NCBI RefSeq assembly: GCF_000142905.1
Contig: NW_013657639.1
Location: 296,899-350,512 of the forward strand
Direction of reading: 5' to 3'
Source of the DNA: Thecamonas trahens ATCC 50062
Lineage: Eukaryota; Protista; Apusomonadida
DNA: 53,614 nt
Below the pieces are notes generated by a model. That model did not search any database. It saw only the letters and a list, made by a program, of their open reading frames with translations, and was not told the DNA's origin. The translations under genes and the position numbers were made by a program. This document shows, piece after piece, positions 1 through 9,910 of this stretch; the first letter of the stretch is position 1, and each line of letters opens with the position of its first letter.

Positions 1-354
1 CCATTCCCTGCACTTGCTGTCCGTCCAGCCCGCCCCACTCGTCCTGCCCGTCCTGTCCGTCCCACCGGTCCGGCCCGTGTTCCCTGCGTCGCCATAAAAA
101 TGTTGAGCGGACCCGCCACCGTCCTCTACGAGCCACTGCACCACCTCGAGGTGGCCGCACTCGGCCGCAATGTATACCGGCGTGCACTTGGCTTGCCCGC
201 GCAGGCAACTTGGCTGCCATCATTGTTGCCCGGTCTGCGGTGGCTACAGCATTGGCAGTGCGGGTTGAGGAGGAGGAGGTGAGGGATGTGTGGGTTTTAC
301 GCTTGCACATCGGGGGTACCAGGTGATGGTCAGGTTCGCGGCGAGAGGCCTTAG

Positions 355-1549
355 CTACACAGAGGCGCGCGCTGCTGCTGTGGCCACCTCGTGCTTGGCC
401 GACGAGGCGGACATGGAGCGGGAGAGGTAGTACTGGTGGGCGCGGTAGATACGGAGGAGGGACCAGACGGCGCAGATGCCCCATGCAAAGCCGGTGAAGA
501 GGCAGAGGGTGCCGGAGGTCGGATCATCCTTGCCGTAGGCAGTGAGGGCGATGATGAGGCCGGCCGAGCCGGTCGACGGAATGCCGAGCGCCCAGAAGCA
601 GCAGAGGAGAATGTGGACCGAAAAGGCGAAGAAAAACCAAACAAAGAGCGACGACTTGCCTGTCCGCGCGCCATTGTACAGGGGGCGGTACCAGCCGGCA
701 AACGAGATGGGGATGCCGATGATCATCATGATGCAGGCGAGGCCAAATGACATGGCCGTGTTGCCCGCGCCGTCAAAGTTCGAGATCATGACCGCAATGA
801 GCGAGATCCAGTTCATGACGTAGCAAAGGACGAGAATATACCAGCCAATGTACGTCATGCGCACCATCCGCTGCCCGGCGGCGGGAATGTCCTCCTCAAT
901 CGAGTGGAAGACCAGTGGCTTGCACCGCGGCCAGTTAGGCGACCGGTCGCCAGGCAGTGCAGCCTCGCGAGCCGCCAGCGCCCGCTCCCGCAGCTTGAGG
1001 TCTTCCTCACGCCGACGCAGTTCCTCAGCCTCAATCTCCAGCTGCCGCTTTGTCCGCGTCCCTGTCCGTCCCACCTCTGCCCGCACCGCTCCTCCTGCTC
1101 CTCCTGCAGCCCTCCCAGAGCTCTGCCCACCAGCGCGTCGGCCACCGGCACCCCGTGTCGCCTATCCCCGCCCCTCCCCCCCCCCCCAAGTCAGCCCGCA
1201 CACCACACCCGTTCTTGTAAGTATCGCTACAACCCAAGACCCGTAACGCTATTTTGCACCTTCCACAAACCTCCATATTGAGCATGCATGGAAGGGTTGT
1301 CACCCAACCGAGGCAAAGGGGAAGAAGTCGTGGCACGCGCTGGCGGCAGGGGAGCGGGGGGGGAGGGGGGAAGGGGGAAGGGGGAAGGGGGGAAGGCCAA
1401 AGGGCAACTACCCAGCTACCTACCAACCGTACCGGAGTCTGGCTCTCAAAGGGGTTGTCCGAGTCTTCTGCAAAGGGATTGGCATCGTCTTCTGTCTCGT
1501 CGAACGGGTTGTGGTCCGAGCCTGACGACTCGAACGGGTTGTCAGCCAT
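355..1549 (-). CDS. SCAMP: Secretory carrier membrane protein (SCAMP); 2 exons (1549-1433, 1161-355)
   Basis: Exon 1 encodes four NPF repeats (MADNPF..HNPF..ANPF..DNPF). A phase-0 intron GTACGG...GATAG (1432-1162) joins in frame to a coiled coil (ELRRREEDLKLRERAL), the NWP motif, four TM helices and the E-peptide-like WYRPLYNGAR. Confidence 0.93.
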
Positions 1550-2001
1550 GTCGCCCGCCGGGTGAGGTATTGTGCCGCGTTCCACCGATATGCCGACCGC
1601 TGACCGCTGTCGTACTGCTGCCCGACTGCAAACGGTGAGACGTCCAATCTACGGGCCATGGCTCGCGCGCCCAGCCTGACACACTCGCGCAATCGTAGCA
1701 CGTGTATGATTTAGTGGAGAACAGCTCAGGCGTTGGGTTTTGCATGGCATCGGCCGGAGGATGGCCGGAAAGTGGCGAGCGCTCTGCGCTTCGCCACGAG
1801 TACTGCCGAACATGCCACGAGCCATGGCTTCGGCGCCCAGCTCGGATCACTCGCGCAATCGCCGTGGGTAGATAATTAGAGGTTTGGGACTGAGCATTGA
1901 TTGAGTTATGGATCAGATCCAAGGTCTCTGGTGGCGTGATGTGGTGGGACGACCATTCGATCATCACTCGCCCCATGCTGTGGTAAACGCCGGCAACAAG
2001 G

Positions 2002-2790
2002 TCACCGCAGCTCGTACCCACCGTGGCAGCACTTTGAGGTGGCCGAACCAAAGCCGTGCGACATCCAGACCCAGAGACAAAAGTCGAGGGTACCGATCGG
2101 GAGGTGGTAGGCGGCAGCAAGCGCCTCGACCATGTCGATCGGAGAGTGCCATCCGCGCTTGGCGGCATACGCCATCATGTGCACGTCGGGCTTGACACAC
2201 GACTTGAGGCCAATATTGCGGGCGAGATGGAACTTGACCACAGGCCCGATGCGTGGAAGGACGGTGAGATCGTCCGGGGTGCGAAAGCTCGCCCGCAGGG
2301 TCTCCCACTCGCTCCGCATGCCGTAGACCTTGACAAGTGCGGCGATCTTGGCCCGGTTCTTGAACAGCGCTATCATGGCAGCTTCATCAGGCGCGGCGGC
2401 GACCAGCGCAGGCACAATTCGCGCCGCAAACTCGGCCCGGAAGCCCGAGGCGACCACCACATAGGCGTACTCGGTGTAAAAGTCGTCAAAGGAGACTATC
2501 AGCTCGCTCCGAGCGTCCATCCGCCGCACATCCTCGCCATGGGTCTCTCGCGTAAACGCCACCGCCGCCATCACGTCTGCCTCCAACTCGTCGGTGAGCT
2601 CATCATGCAGATCTAACTGTGCCAGCAGCTTGCGCTTCTTGGCAACCTTCATCTTCCCGAACGCCGTCGCAGACATGCCCTCCAGCGCCGAGTCGGCCTC
2701 CCCGTCTCCGTCGACGGTAGCCGTACTCTTTCGCTTCCGCTTGCCTACACTGCCACCAGACGCGCGAACAGACTTGGCCCGACCAGCCAT
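2002..2790 (-). CDS. HhH-GPD DNA glycosylase-like protein
   Basis: Helix-hairpin-helix-like LTVLPRIGPVVKFHLARNIG is followed by VKPDVH (position of the catalytic Asp) and a C-terminal DFCLW. The N-terminus is basic and NLS-like (KRKRK). Confidence 0.6.
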   Translation of the reverse strand: MAGRAKSVRASGGSVGKRKRKSTATVDGDGEADSALEGMSATAFGKMKVAKKRKLLAQLDLHDELTDELEADVMAAVAFTRETHGEDVRRMDARSELIVSFDDFYTEYAYVVVASGFRAEFAARIVPALVAAAPDEAAMIALFKNRAKIAALVKVYGMRSEWETLRASFRTPDDLTVLPRIGPVVKFHLARNIGLKSCVKPDVHMMAYAAKRGWHSPIDMVEALAAAYHLPIGTLDFCLWVWMSHGFGSATSKCCHGGYELR

Positions 2791-2897
2791 GGTGAGTCTG
2801 CGGCGGGGTAGGCAGGGCTGAGAAGAGTGTGGCGGTCTGTGGCGGGGTGGCGGCGTGGAAGCGATGCACAGAATGTCCCATTTTACCCTCGAGCCAG

Positions 2898-3603
2898 CTA
2901 CTTGTCGGCCTCGGCCTCGGCGCTGACGCCGGTGGAGCCAAAGCCACCGGCGCCACGGTCAGTGGCATCGAGATCGTCGACAGCGACGACGTCGGGTGTC
3001 GCGATCTTCTCTAGCACCAGCTGGGCGACACGATCACCGACGGCAATGTTAAAATCGACGTCCGAGTGGTTGTACAGCACCACGCCCACGTTCCCACGGT
3101 AGTCAGCATCGATGACACCAGCGCCCACATCGATAAAGTGCTTCCACGCCAGACCCGAGCGCGGCGCAATTCGACCGTACGTCCCATCAGGCACCGCAAT
3201 GGCCAGATCCGTCTTGGCCAGCGCCTTGCCATGAGCCGGGACGACCAGATCATGTGCTCTGACCACACATGCGGAAACCACCAGTTCCAACACAAGCACC
3301 ACAACATTAACAACCCCCACATGCATGAGTTGTACTCTCTTCGATATGCCTTGCCCTCCCCCCCCCCCTCCCTCCTGCCCCGCTAGCCTCAAGGGATAAG
3401 GCAATCGGTAGATTCGTCGCATCGCTCGTCTCTCCCCCCCCTCCCCCCCCCCCACCTACACACCACTGTACGCGCCATACCCTCCAACTTTGTTCAACAT
3501 ACGAAGCGAGGTCATATCCAGCAGCAAGCGGTGAGCCACGGACGGGAAGGACAGCGGTCTCAGAGAGCTTGCGGACCTTGAGGACGTTGTTGGAAGCAGA
3601 CAT
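2898..3603 (-). CDS. DUT: dUTP pyrophosphatase (trimeric dUTPase); 2 exons (3603-3503, 3258-2898)
   Basis: All five motifs are present: [41 protein letters not shown]. Intron GTATGT...GTCAG (3502-3259) restores ...YDLAS-AHDLVV. Confidence 0.97.
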
Positions 3604-3806
3604 GGTGGGGCAATGGAAGGAGTAGCCAGTTGGGTGTATCGTCTTGTGGCCACCCGTACTCGCCCGTTCTGCCCGGGTTGGTGGGTCTTGCCAACACAGC
3701 GATGTTATGTCGTTTGATCGTCCGTCTTGTCCATGGATGTGTGTAGATGGTAGATGTCGTCAAACTCATGCGGGTGCTCTGGGTGGAGGTAGGCGGGTAG
3801 GCGAGT

Positions 3807-4367
3807 ATGGGTATGGCAGGACGATCGCTTGGGTTGTTTGGGCGGGTGGCATCGATCATGCTCGTCTCGCCGCAGATCCCGCAGAATACAGGCAATGTCG
3901 GGCGGACAGCCATGGGCATGGGCTGCCCGCTGCATTTGGTGGGTAACCTCGGCTTTTCGCTCGACGAAAAGGCGCTCCGGAGGGCAGGGCTCGACTACTG
4001 GAAGCATCTTGAGGTGAGCCACCACGCGAGCTATGACGCTGCGCTGGATGCGATCGCCGCAGACACACGCATGTTTTTCATCACCAAGACCGGCCCGGCG
4101 TCGTTGCTTGACACTTCGTTCTTCGCGGATGCTCCGCAGCCGACGGCGGCCCGGCCGGACGACGACCGCATCTGCCTGGTCTTTGGCTCGGAGATCACCG
4201 GTCTCGGCGACCTGCTGGAGCGCTTCCCGCACTCGACTGATGCCGGCGGAGTGCAGCACGTTCGTGTTCCGCAAATCGACACCCACATTCGGTGCTATAA
4301 CCTCGCGTCGACAGTCTCGCTCGTCACGTGGGAGGCGTACCGGCAGTTCCACTGCGCGCTCGAATGA
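3807..4367 (+). CDS. trmL: tRNA (cytidine/uridine-34 2'-O)-methyltransferase, TrmL-type SPOUT
   Basis: TrmL/YibK signatures: PQIPQNTGNVGR, LHLV..LGFSLDEKALRRAGLDYW, LVFGSE.TGL, VRVP...IRCYNLA. Confidence 0.9.
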   Translation: MGMAGRSLGLFGRVASIMLVSPQIPQNTGNVGRTAMGMGCPLHLVGNLGFSLDEKALRRAGLDYWKHLEVSHHASYDAALDAIAADTRMFFITKTGPASLLDTSFFADAPQPTAARPDDDRICLVFGSEITGLGDLLERFPHSTDAGGVQHVRVPQIDTHIRCYNLASTVSLVTWEAYRQFHCALE

Positions 4368-4375
4368 GGTCCCTG

Positions 4376-5397
4376 CTACGCCGAGCCGGTGCGCGGGCGG
4401 TGGGAAGCAAGGACCTGGTCGGCGACCTTGCGGCAGAGCGCAATGTGCTCGAGGACGGCCTCGCGGCTGACCGCCGTGGCAAACGCCTTCCACGCGCAGT
4501 ACGGACACGGATACACTCGGCGTCCGCGGGAGGCTGATGCCACCGCAGGTGAGCTGCTTGCGGCTGCATCGTCATCGCCGGCTGCGGGGTGGCGGCAAAC
4601 TGGTACACAAACGACGGCTGGTCCGAGAACAGCTGCGCGTTGTTGACATGCCGGATGAGCCCTGCGCGGAGCATGGCGGCCCCTACAGACTGCGCGTTGT
4701 GGCGTGAGCATCCCAGCTGGGCCATGAGCCACGAGGCGGCCTCGGCGCCTGTAAACGAATCGGTGTACCGTGTTAGATGGTAGCTGTGGCTCCCGAGCTC
4801 GATGCCACCATCCGCCATCCGAGCGCACAGTGCACCCAGCTCGCTGGCGCCCAGCACAGGCGGCGAGTCCTGGCTCTGCGCTGCTTGTCTGATGCCTTTT
4901 GCCAGCGCACGGGGCTCCAGCCGGTAGTAGTAGCGAGCGTCGGCAAAGCGCCGACGGCCCGACGCGTGGACAATACAGCCAGCACCAGCCAGAGCACACG
5001 CTGCCTTGTACGCCAGCGCCCGATTCCACATCGTGCCATCGTCCCAACCCAGCGCCGCCGGTCCGTTCTCAACGAGCCAGTCGAGAAGCTCGCATCCAGC
5101 CACTACGTCGTGCCACGGCCCGTGAACCAGCTCCACCGTTGACGTCGGCACGCGCCCGAGCAGGACCGCCACAGACTCGGCCAAGTCCCCCTCGATCCGC
5201 AGCAGCTCTGCCAGTTCTGCCAGTTCTGCCCCATCTTGTCCACACCCAGCACTTGCTACACTTTCACCATCGTCATCATCCCCAGCACTGCCAGCACCGC
5301 CATCATGACCTGCCAGCCCTTCCGCCACAGGCACAGGCGGCGGAGTCCAGCGACGAACCGCCACGCCTGAGCTTGCCGCAGCCGACGGCGAAGCCAT
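4376..5397 (-). CDS. Tandem DEP-domain protein with C-terminal C2HC zinc finger (apparent frameshift near 4586-4589)
   Basis: Two DEP domains (GCELLDWLV...F.DARYYYRL; DSFTGAEAASWLM...LIRHV...FSDQPSFVYQF). YPCPYC..HIALC lies in another frame that stops at 4376 and avoids overlapping trmL. Confidence 0.75.
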
Positions 5398-5530
5398 ACT
5401 TGAGCCACAGCCAACACAACCAACACAAACGCCCAGAGGAGGAGGAGGAGGAGAAGGAGCGTGTGTGTATGGGGGTGGCGGGGAGGAGGTGAAGAGATAT
5501 GTGTGTGTGTGGGTGTGGCGGGGGAGGGGT

Positions 5531-5580
5531 GATCGTGATCGTGATCATGATCATGATCATGATGTTGATCATGATCATGG
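5531..5580. repeat. (GATCAT/GATCGT)n hexamer microsatellite in divergent intergenic region
   Basis: gatcgtgatcgtgatcatgatcatgatcat... read directly. Confidence 0.7.
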
Positions 5581-5663
5581 TGGCGATCGGAAGGGATGAC
5601 GACTCTGGCGACGATAGCCACGGCCATGAGGACGAGGACGACGGCAAGTAGGTGCACAACCAC

Positions 5664-7495
5664 ATGACTACCATCACAGCAGCAGACAGTAACGACAACT
5701 ACCACGAGTGCGACACCACAACTGGCAACCCTGCTGTCATGCTGGTCACGGTGAGGTTCACGCTCGACGGGAGGGGACACACGGTCCATCTCCATGCCGA
5801 GCCAGATGCACATGACGGTGGTCTGGATGCGATCCATCATGCGGTGCGGGCGGTGTTTGTGCGACTAGACGTGCCCGAGTACATGCATGCATCGCTGCTG
5901 GCGGCTGCGGAGGACGCTGCCGTGCAAGCGCTGACTCGCGATCGGGTGGCGGCGGCATGCGCGGCTCAAGAGGCCCAGGCCCGGGCCGAGGCCGAGCCAG
6001 ATGGCGATGGCGCGGCCGGAGTTGCCGAGAGCGTCGAGTTGGCGTGCGAGCCGAAAACCGAGCACGAAGAGGTGGCGCCGTTGCATGAGGCCTTTGCGTT
6101 TGTCATCGAGGCTGGCGGCGGCGTGGGCCTCGACTCGGTGCTGCGGCTGGAAACGGCGTTTGCTGAGGAGATCGCAGAGCTCAACGCACAGCTGGATGCT
6201 GTGCGGGCGGTTAGCGTCGAGGGTGGCGGAAGCGAGAGCGGCAATCCGATGGCGACGGTGGATGCAGCGAGGGCTGCTGCGGCTCGCGAGGCGGCGGTCC
6301 AGGCTCGCATCGACGAAGCCATGGCTCATCAGAGGGTGCAGTATGCCCAGTTTGTGACCGACTGTGCAACCACGCCCGAGCTTCTCGAGGCACTGGCCGA
6401 AGAGCGCAAGGTAGCAGCAGCGCGCAATGGTGACGGGTCAGACGACGGCAGCGAGAGTGATGACGATCCCTGGGCGCAGGTCCGTGAGCTCTCTGTGGCG
6501 CGCAAGTGGGCCGAGGGCCACGCCCAGGCTGCAAACGCTTCGGCGCGCAGCGGCGCCGGCAGCGGCGCCGGCTCTGGTGGCAACATGCTGGGCTGGCTCA
6601 AGTCGGGACTTCGTACGGCACTGTCGCCGGTCAAGTCGTCGTCAGCGCTGCTAGTGGCGAGCAGGCGAGGGGACGAGAGCACGCCGAGCGTCAAGCCGGC
6701 CGAGGGCAGCGACGCGAGCGAAGCGCCGGCGCCAGACCTCACTGAGGGCTTCACCATCTACCTTGGCGCACAGCTGAAGACTAACTACTCGATTCGGCTG
6801 AGCCTGGCGTCGATGGCGTCTTCGCTGGTGTACGACACGTCGTCCAAGGTAACCCACATCGCGCAGCGCGCGGCGACCGCACTCGCGCTGTACTCGGAGC
6901 AGCTGGCAGCTGTGGTGGTCCTCGTCGACGCCGATCTGAGCTACGCGACGGACGAAGGGCGTGCGTTTGCGGCAGCGGCGCGAGCGTCGACCGAGCTGCA
7001 CTTTGCCTCGTTGTCTGTGCAAGTTGAGGCTGTGCGCGCGCAGGCGCGGGCCGAAGGCGCGAGCCTTGTACCTGGTGACGTGTTTGTGACTCGCCACTCC
7101 AATCTGGCGGGCATCCAGCTTGCGTTCCACCTTGTAGTCGATCTCGACACAATGCACATGCGGAACGCCGATCTGCTCCGCGGGCGGAATCCCATGCTCG
7201 CCGGCCTGCGCTCTGTCCTCCACACGGCGGCGCGGTACGACGTGTGCACCATCTCGCTGCCTCTGCTGCTGAGCCACTCGCTGCCGGCGGGCATGGATCT
7301 GGCGGACAGCGCGGTGACGAAGCGGGCCGAGACGGTGCTGAAGGCGGTCAAGGGCGTGCTGACCGAGCGCGGCAACATCCACCACTCGCTCCGCTCGGTG
7401 CACTTTTACGTCTCGCCTGCGCTCGCCCCGAGCACCCACCCGCCGTCTTTGATCACTTCCGCACGCTTCTCTGCTCGGTCTTTACCGTCTCCTAG
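5664..7495 (+). CDS. C12orf4: C12orf4 / FERRY3 (DUF2362) homolog; apparent frameshift at 7426-7429
   Basis: EGFTIYLGAQLKTNY, TALALYS..LAAVVVLVD, STELHF, GDVFVTRHSNL....AFHLV, GLRSVLHTAARYDVCTISLPLLL, KRAETVLKAVKG match the family as I recall it. The family-like end (VFDHFRTLLCSVFTVS*) is in the shifted frame. Start codon uncertain. Confidence 0.88.
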
Positions 7496-9411
7496 AGCGC
7501 CGAGGCGCGGGCGGCAGCCTCGACGGCTGCGCGGGTCAGGTGTTCCGAGACGGCCGACGGGGCCATGAGCGTGAGGCGGGCGGCGGCCTGGCCGAGCGCC
7601 AGCGCGCGAGCTGGCTCGGCGCCGCAAGTGTGGATGGCCCAGACAAAAGCTGCAAGGAGCGAGTCTCCAGCGCCGGTGACGTCGACAATGGCCGAGGCCG
7701 GCAGCTGCTCGGCAGGCATGACAAGCGACGTGTAACCGTCAGTGGCATTGGCGTCGCGGACGGCGAGCAGTGCGCCGCGGGCGCCGGCCTTGACCACGAC
7801 AAACTCGAGGCGGAGGCAGACACGGAAGAGGTGTGCCAGCGGACAGGCTGTGGCGCCAAAGTCGGGCGTCGACTGCGCGAGCGCTACGAGCTCGGCTTCG
7901 TTGGGCGTGAGGCAGGTGACGGCGGCGGTAAAGTCTGGGCCGGCCGAGCCAAGCCTGCCGGCCTTGGCCACTGACGTCGGCTCAAAGTACAGCGGGAGTG
8001 AGTGAGCAGCAGCGTAGGCGCCGATGGCACGCAGAAGCCGTGGCGAGCAGTTGCCATCGGCGATGATGACCGGTGGCGGCGCGCCGTTGTAGGCGGCCTC
8101 GACAGCGGCAGCGTCAAAGTCGAGGCCGTCCACCAGAGCCATGTCAGCGACGGCGTAGGCGAGCGAGCCGGTCGATTTGAGCACCGCGAGGTACGAGCCA
8201 GTCCGCCCACCGGGGACCGACGTGACGAGCTCGGACGCCACACCGCACGTCTCGAGCTGACGGCTGACTGCGTGCGCCGGAACATCGTCGCCGATGCGGG
8301 TGAGTAGGGCTGGGCGCGCGCCGAGCCGGCCAAGCACCGACGCAATGTTGAGTGCAACGCCGCCGGGCGCGTAGCTGATGGTGCCTGGGGCGGACGAGTC
8401 GGCGACGAGCCCGGTCTCACCGGCGGTGCCGACGACGTCGAGGCCTGCGCCGCCGACAACCAACGGGCCGGCTGCAGATGCCGAGTTCTTGGCGCGGAGC
8501 GCGGCGAGCTCGCAGGCGATAGCGGCGCCGACCTTGGCGTTGTTGAGGACAAGGGCAATGTTCGACTCGAGCGAGGCGCCGCCGGTGAGGTGGGCGACGC
8601 GCTCGAGGAGGAATGGGGTGAGGGCGCGACCGGTGATGCCGCGGTGGTCGGCATCGGCAAGAGCGCGCGAGATGGCAGCCTCAATGACGGCGCCGTCAGC
8701 GGCGGCGTTGTCGGGAATGGGGACGCCGATGACGGCGCCACCGCCGAGGCCGAGGGCGGCCGAGGCAGCAACCATGCGGGCGATCTCGGCCGGAGAATCC
8801 ATCCGCAGCGGAGCAGCCGAGCCCGAGTGGGCAGTAAAGAAGGCCGGGAACTCGTCTGTGCCGTAGCCGATAACCGGCACGCCCGCAGTCTCCAGCACCT
8901 CAAGAGTGCGCGGAATGTCGAGAATGGACTTTGCGCCGGCGCAGACGACAGCCACCGGAGTCCGAGCCAGCTCAGCGAGATCAGCAGAGACATCCATGGA
9001 GAGCTCGCCACCGCGATGAACACCCCCGATACCACCGGTGACAAAGACAGCAATGCCGGCACGTGCAGCGATGAGCGATGTTGCTGCTACAGTTGTAGCG
9101 CCTGTAGCAGCCCGAGCCACGATGGCAGCCACATCACGGCGGGAGACCTTTGCCACCTTTGGGCCCATGGCAGCAAGGCGCTCTAGCTCTGAATCCGTCA
9201 GGCCGACCTTGATCACGCCATCGACAATGGCAATGGTAGCAGGAACAGCACCGGCGTCCTTGACCGTCGCCTCGACCTCGCGGGCGGTCACCAGGTTCTC
9301 CGGATATGGCATACCATGGGCCACAATGGTCGACTCGAGGGCCACAACCGGGAGGCCTGCAGCCAGAGCAGAGGCCACGTCCGGCGAGTATGTGATCTCA
9401 ATAGAGTCCAT
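7492..9411 (-). CDS. Bifunctional pseudouridine-5'-phosphate glycosidase (PsuG/IndA) / PfkB-family pseudouridine kinase
   Basis: N-half: PVVALESTIVAHGMPYPEN, TGGIGGVHRG, DVSADL.EL, GAKSILDI, TPFLL, NIALVLNNA. C-half: PGGVALNIA, LTPNEAEL, VDVTGAGDS. Start taken at MDSIEITYS. Confidence 0.95.
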   Translation of the reverse strand: MDSIEITYSPDVASALAAGLPVVALESTIVAHGMPYPENLVTAREVEATVKDAGAVPATIAIVDGVIKVGLTDSELERLAAMGPKVAKVSRRDVAAIVARAATGATTVAATSLIAARAGIAVFVTGGIGGVHRGGELSMDVSADLAELARTPVAVVCAGAKSILDIPRTLEVLETAGVPVIGYGTDEFPAFFTAHSGSAAPLRMDSPAEIARMVAASAALGLGGGAVIGVPIPDNAAADGAVIEAAISRALADADHRGITGRALTPFLLERVAHLTGGASLESNIALVLNNAKVGAAIACELAALRAKNSASAAGPLVVGGAGLDVVGTAGETGLVADSSAPGTISYAPGGVALNIASVLGRLGARPALLTRIGDDVPAHAVSRQLETCGVASELVTSVPGGRTGSYLAVLKSTGSLAYAVADMALVDGLDFDAAAVEAAYNGAPPPVIIADGNCSPRLLRAIGAYAAAHSLPLYFEPTSVAKAGRLGSAGPDFTAAVTCLTPNEAELVALAQSTPDFGATACPLAHLFRVCLRLEFVVVKAGARGALLAVRDANATDGYTSLVMPAEQLPASAIVDVTGAGDSLLAAFVWAIHTCGAEPARALALGQAAARLTLMAPSAVSEHLTRAAVEAAARASAL

Positions 9412-9910
9412 ATTGGCAGGGGGGAGGGAGTGAGGTGTGGGGAAGGGGAAGAGAGGGGGGGATGGGGTGGATCCCTTGCTGAGGGAGAGGAGATGGGGAT
9501 GGAGATGGGGATGACGATGGTGAGCTGGTAGAGGGGATCGGATTGGATGGGAATGGAGGAATGGAAGTAGGGAGATGGGAAGGGGTGGCGGAGTGGGCAT
9601 CGGAGGGGTGGTGGAGGAGGTGGGGAGGTTGAGAAGGGGGTTGAGGACTGCCGAGACGGGTGTGATGGTGGGGATGGAGATGAGGATGGCGATGAGGGGT
9701 TGATGGAGGAGATAGGGTTGGAGTGGGGGGGGGGGGGGGGGGGTTGGACGGAAGTAGATGCACAGTAGAGCGGGCATCGGAGATGTGTCGAGGCTATGGT
9801 GGGCTGGTTGGGGGGGATGGGCGGGAGTGAGCAGGTCGAGGGAGCGGCGGACGGACCGAGTGGCTGCTGAGCACACCAGTTGTCGCAAGCAGGGGAAGAG
9901 AGAGAGCAGC

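Noticed and set aside
7492-9411. PsuG-PfkB fusion as a novelty
   Set aside because: This bifunctional fusion is already well known in fungi, animals and protists.
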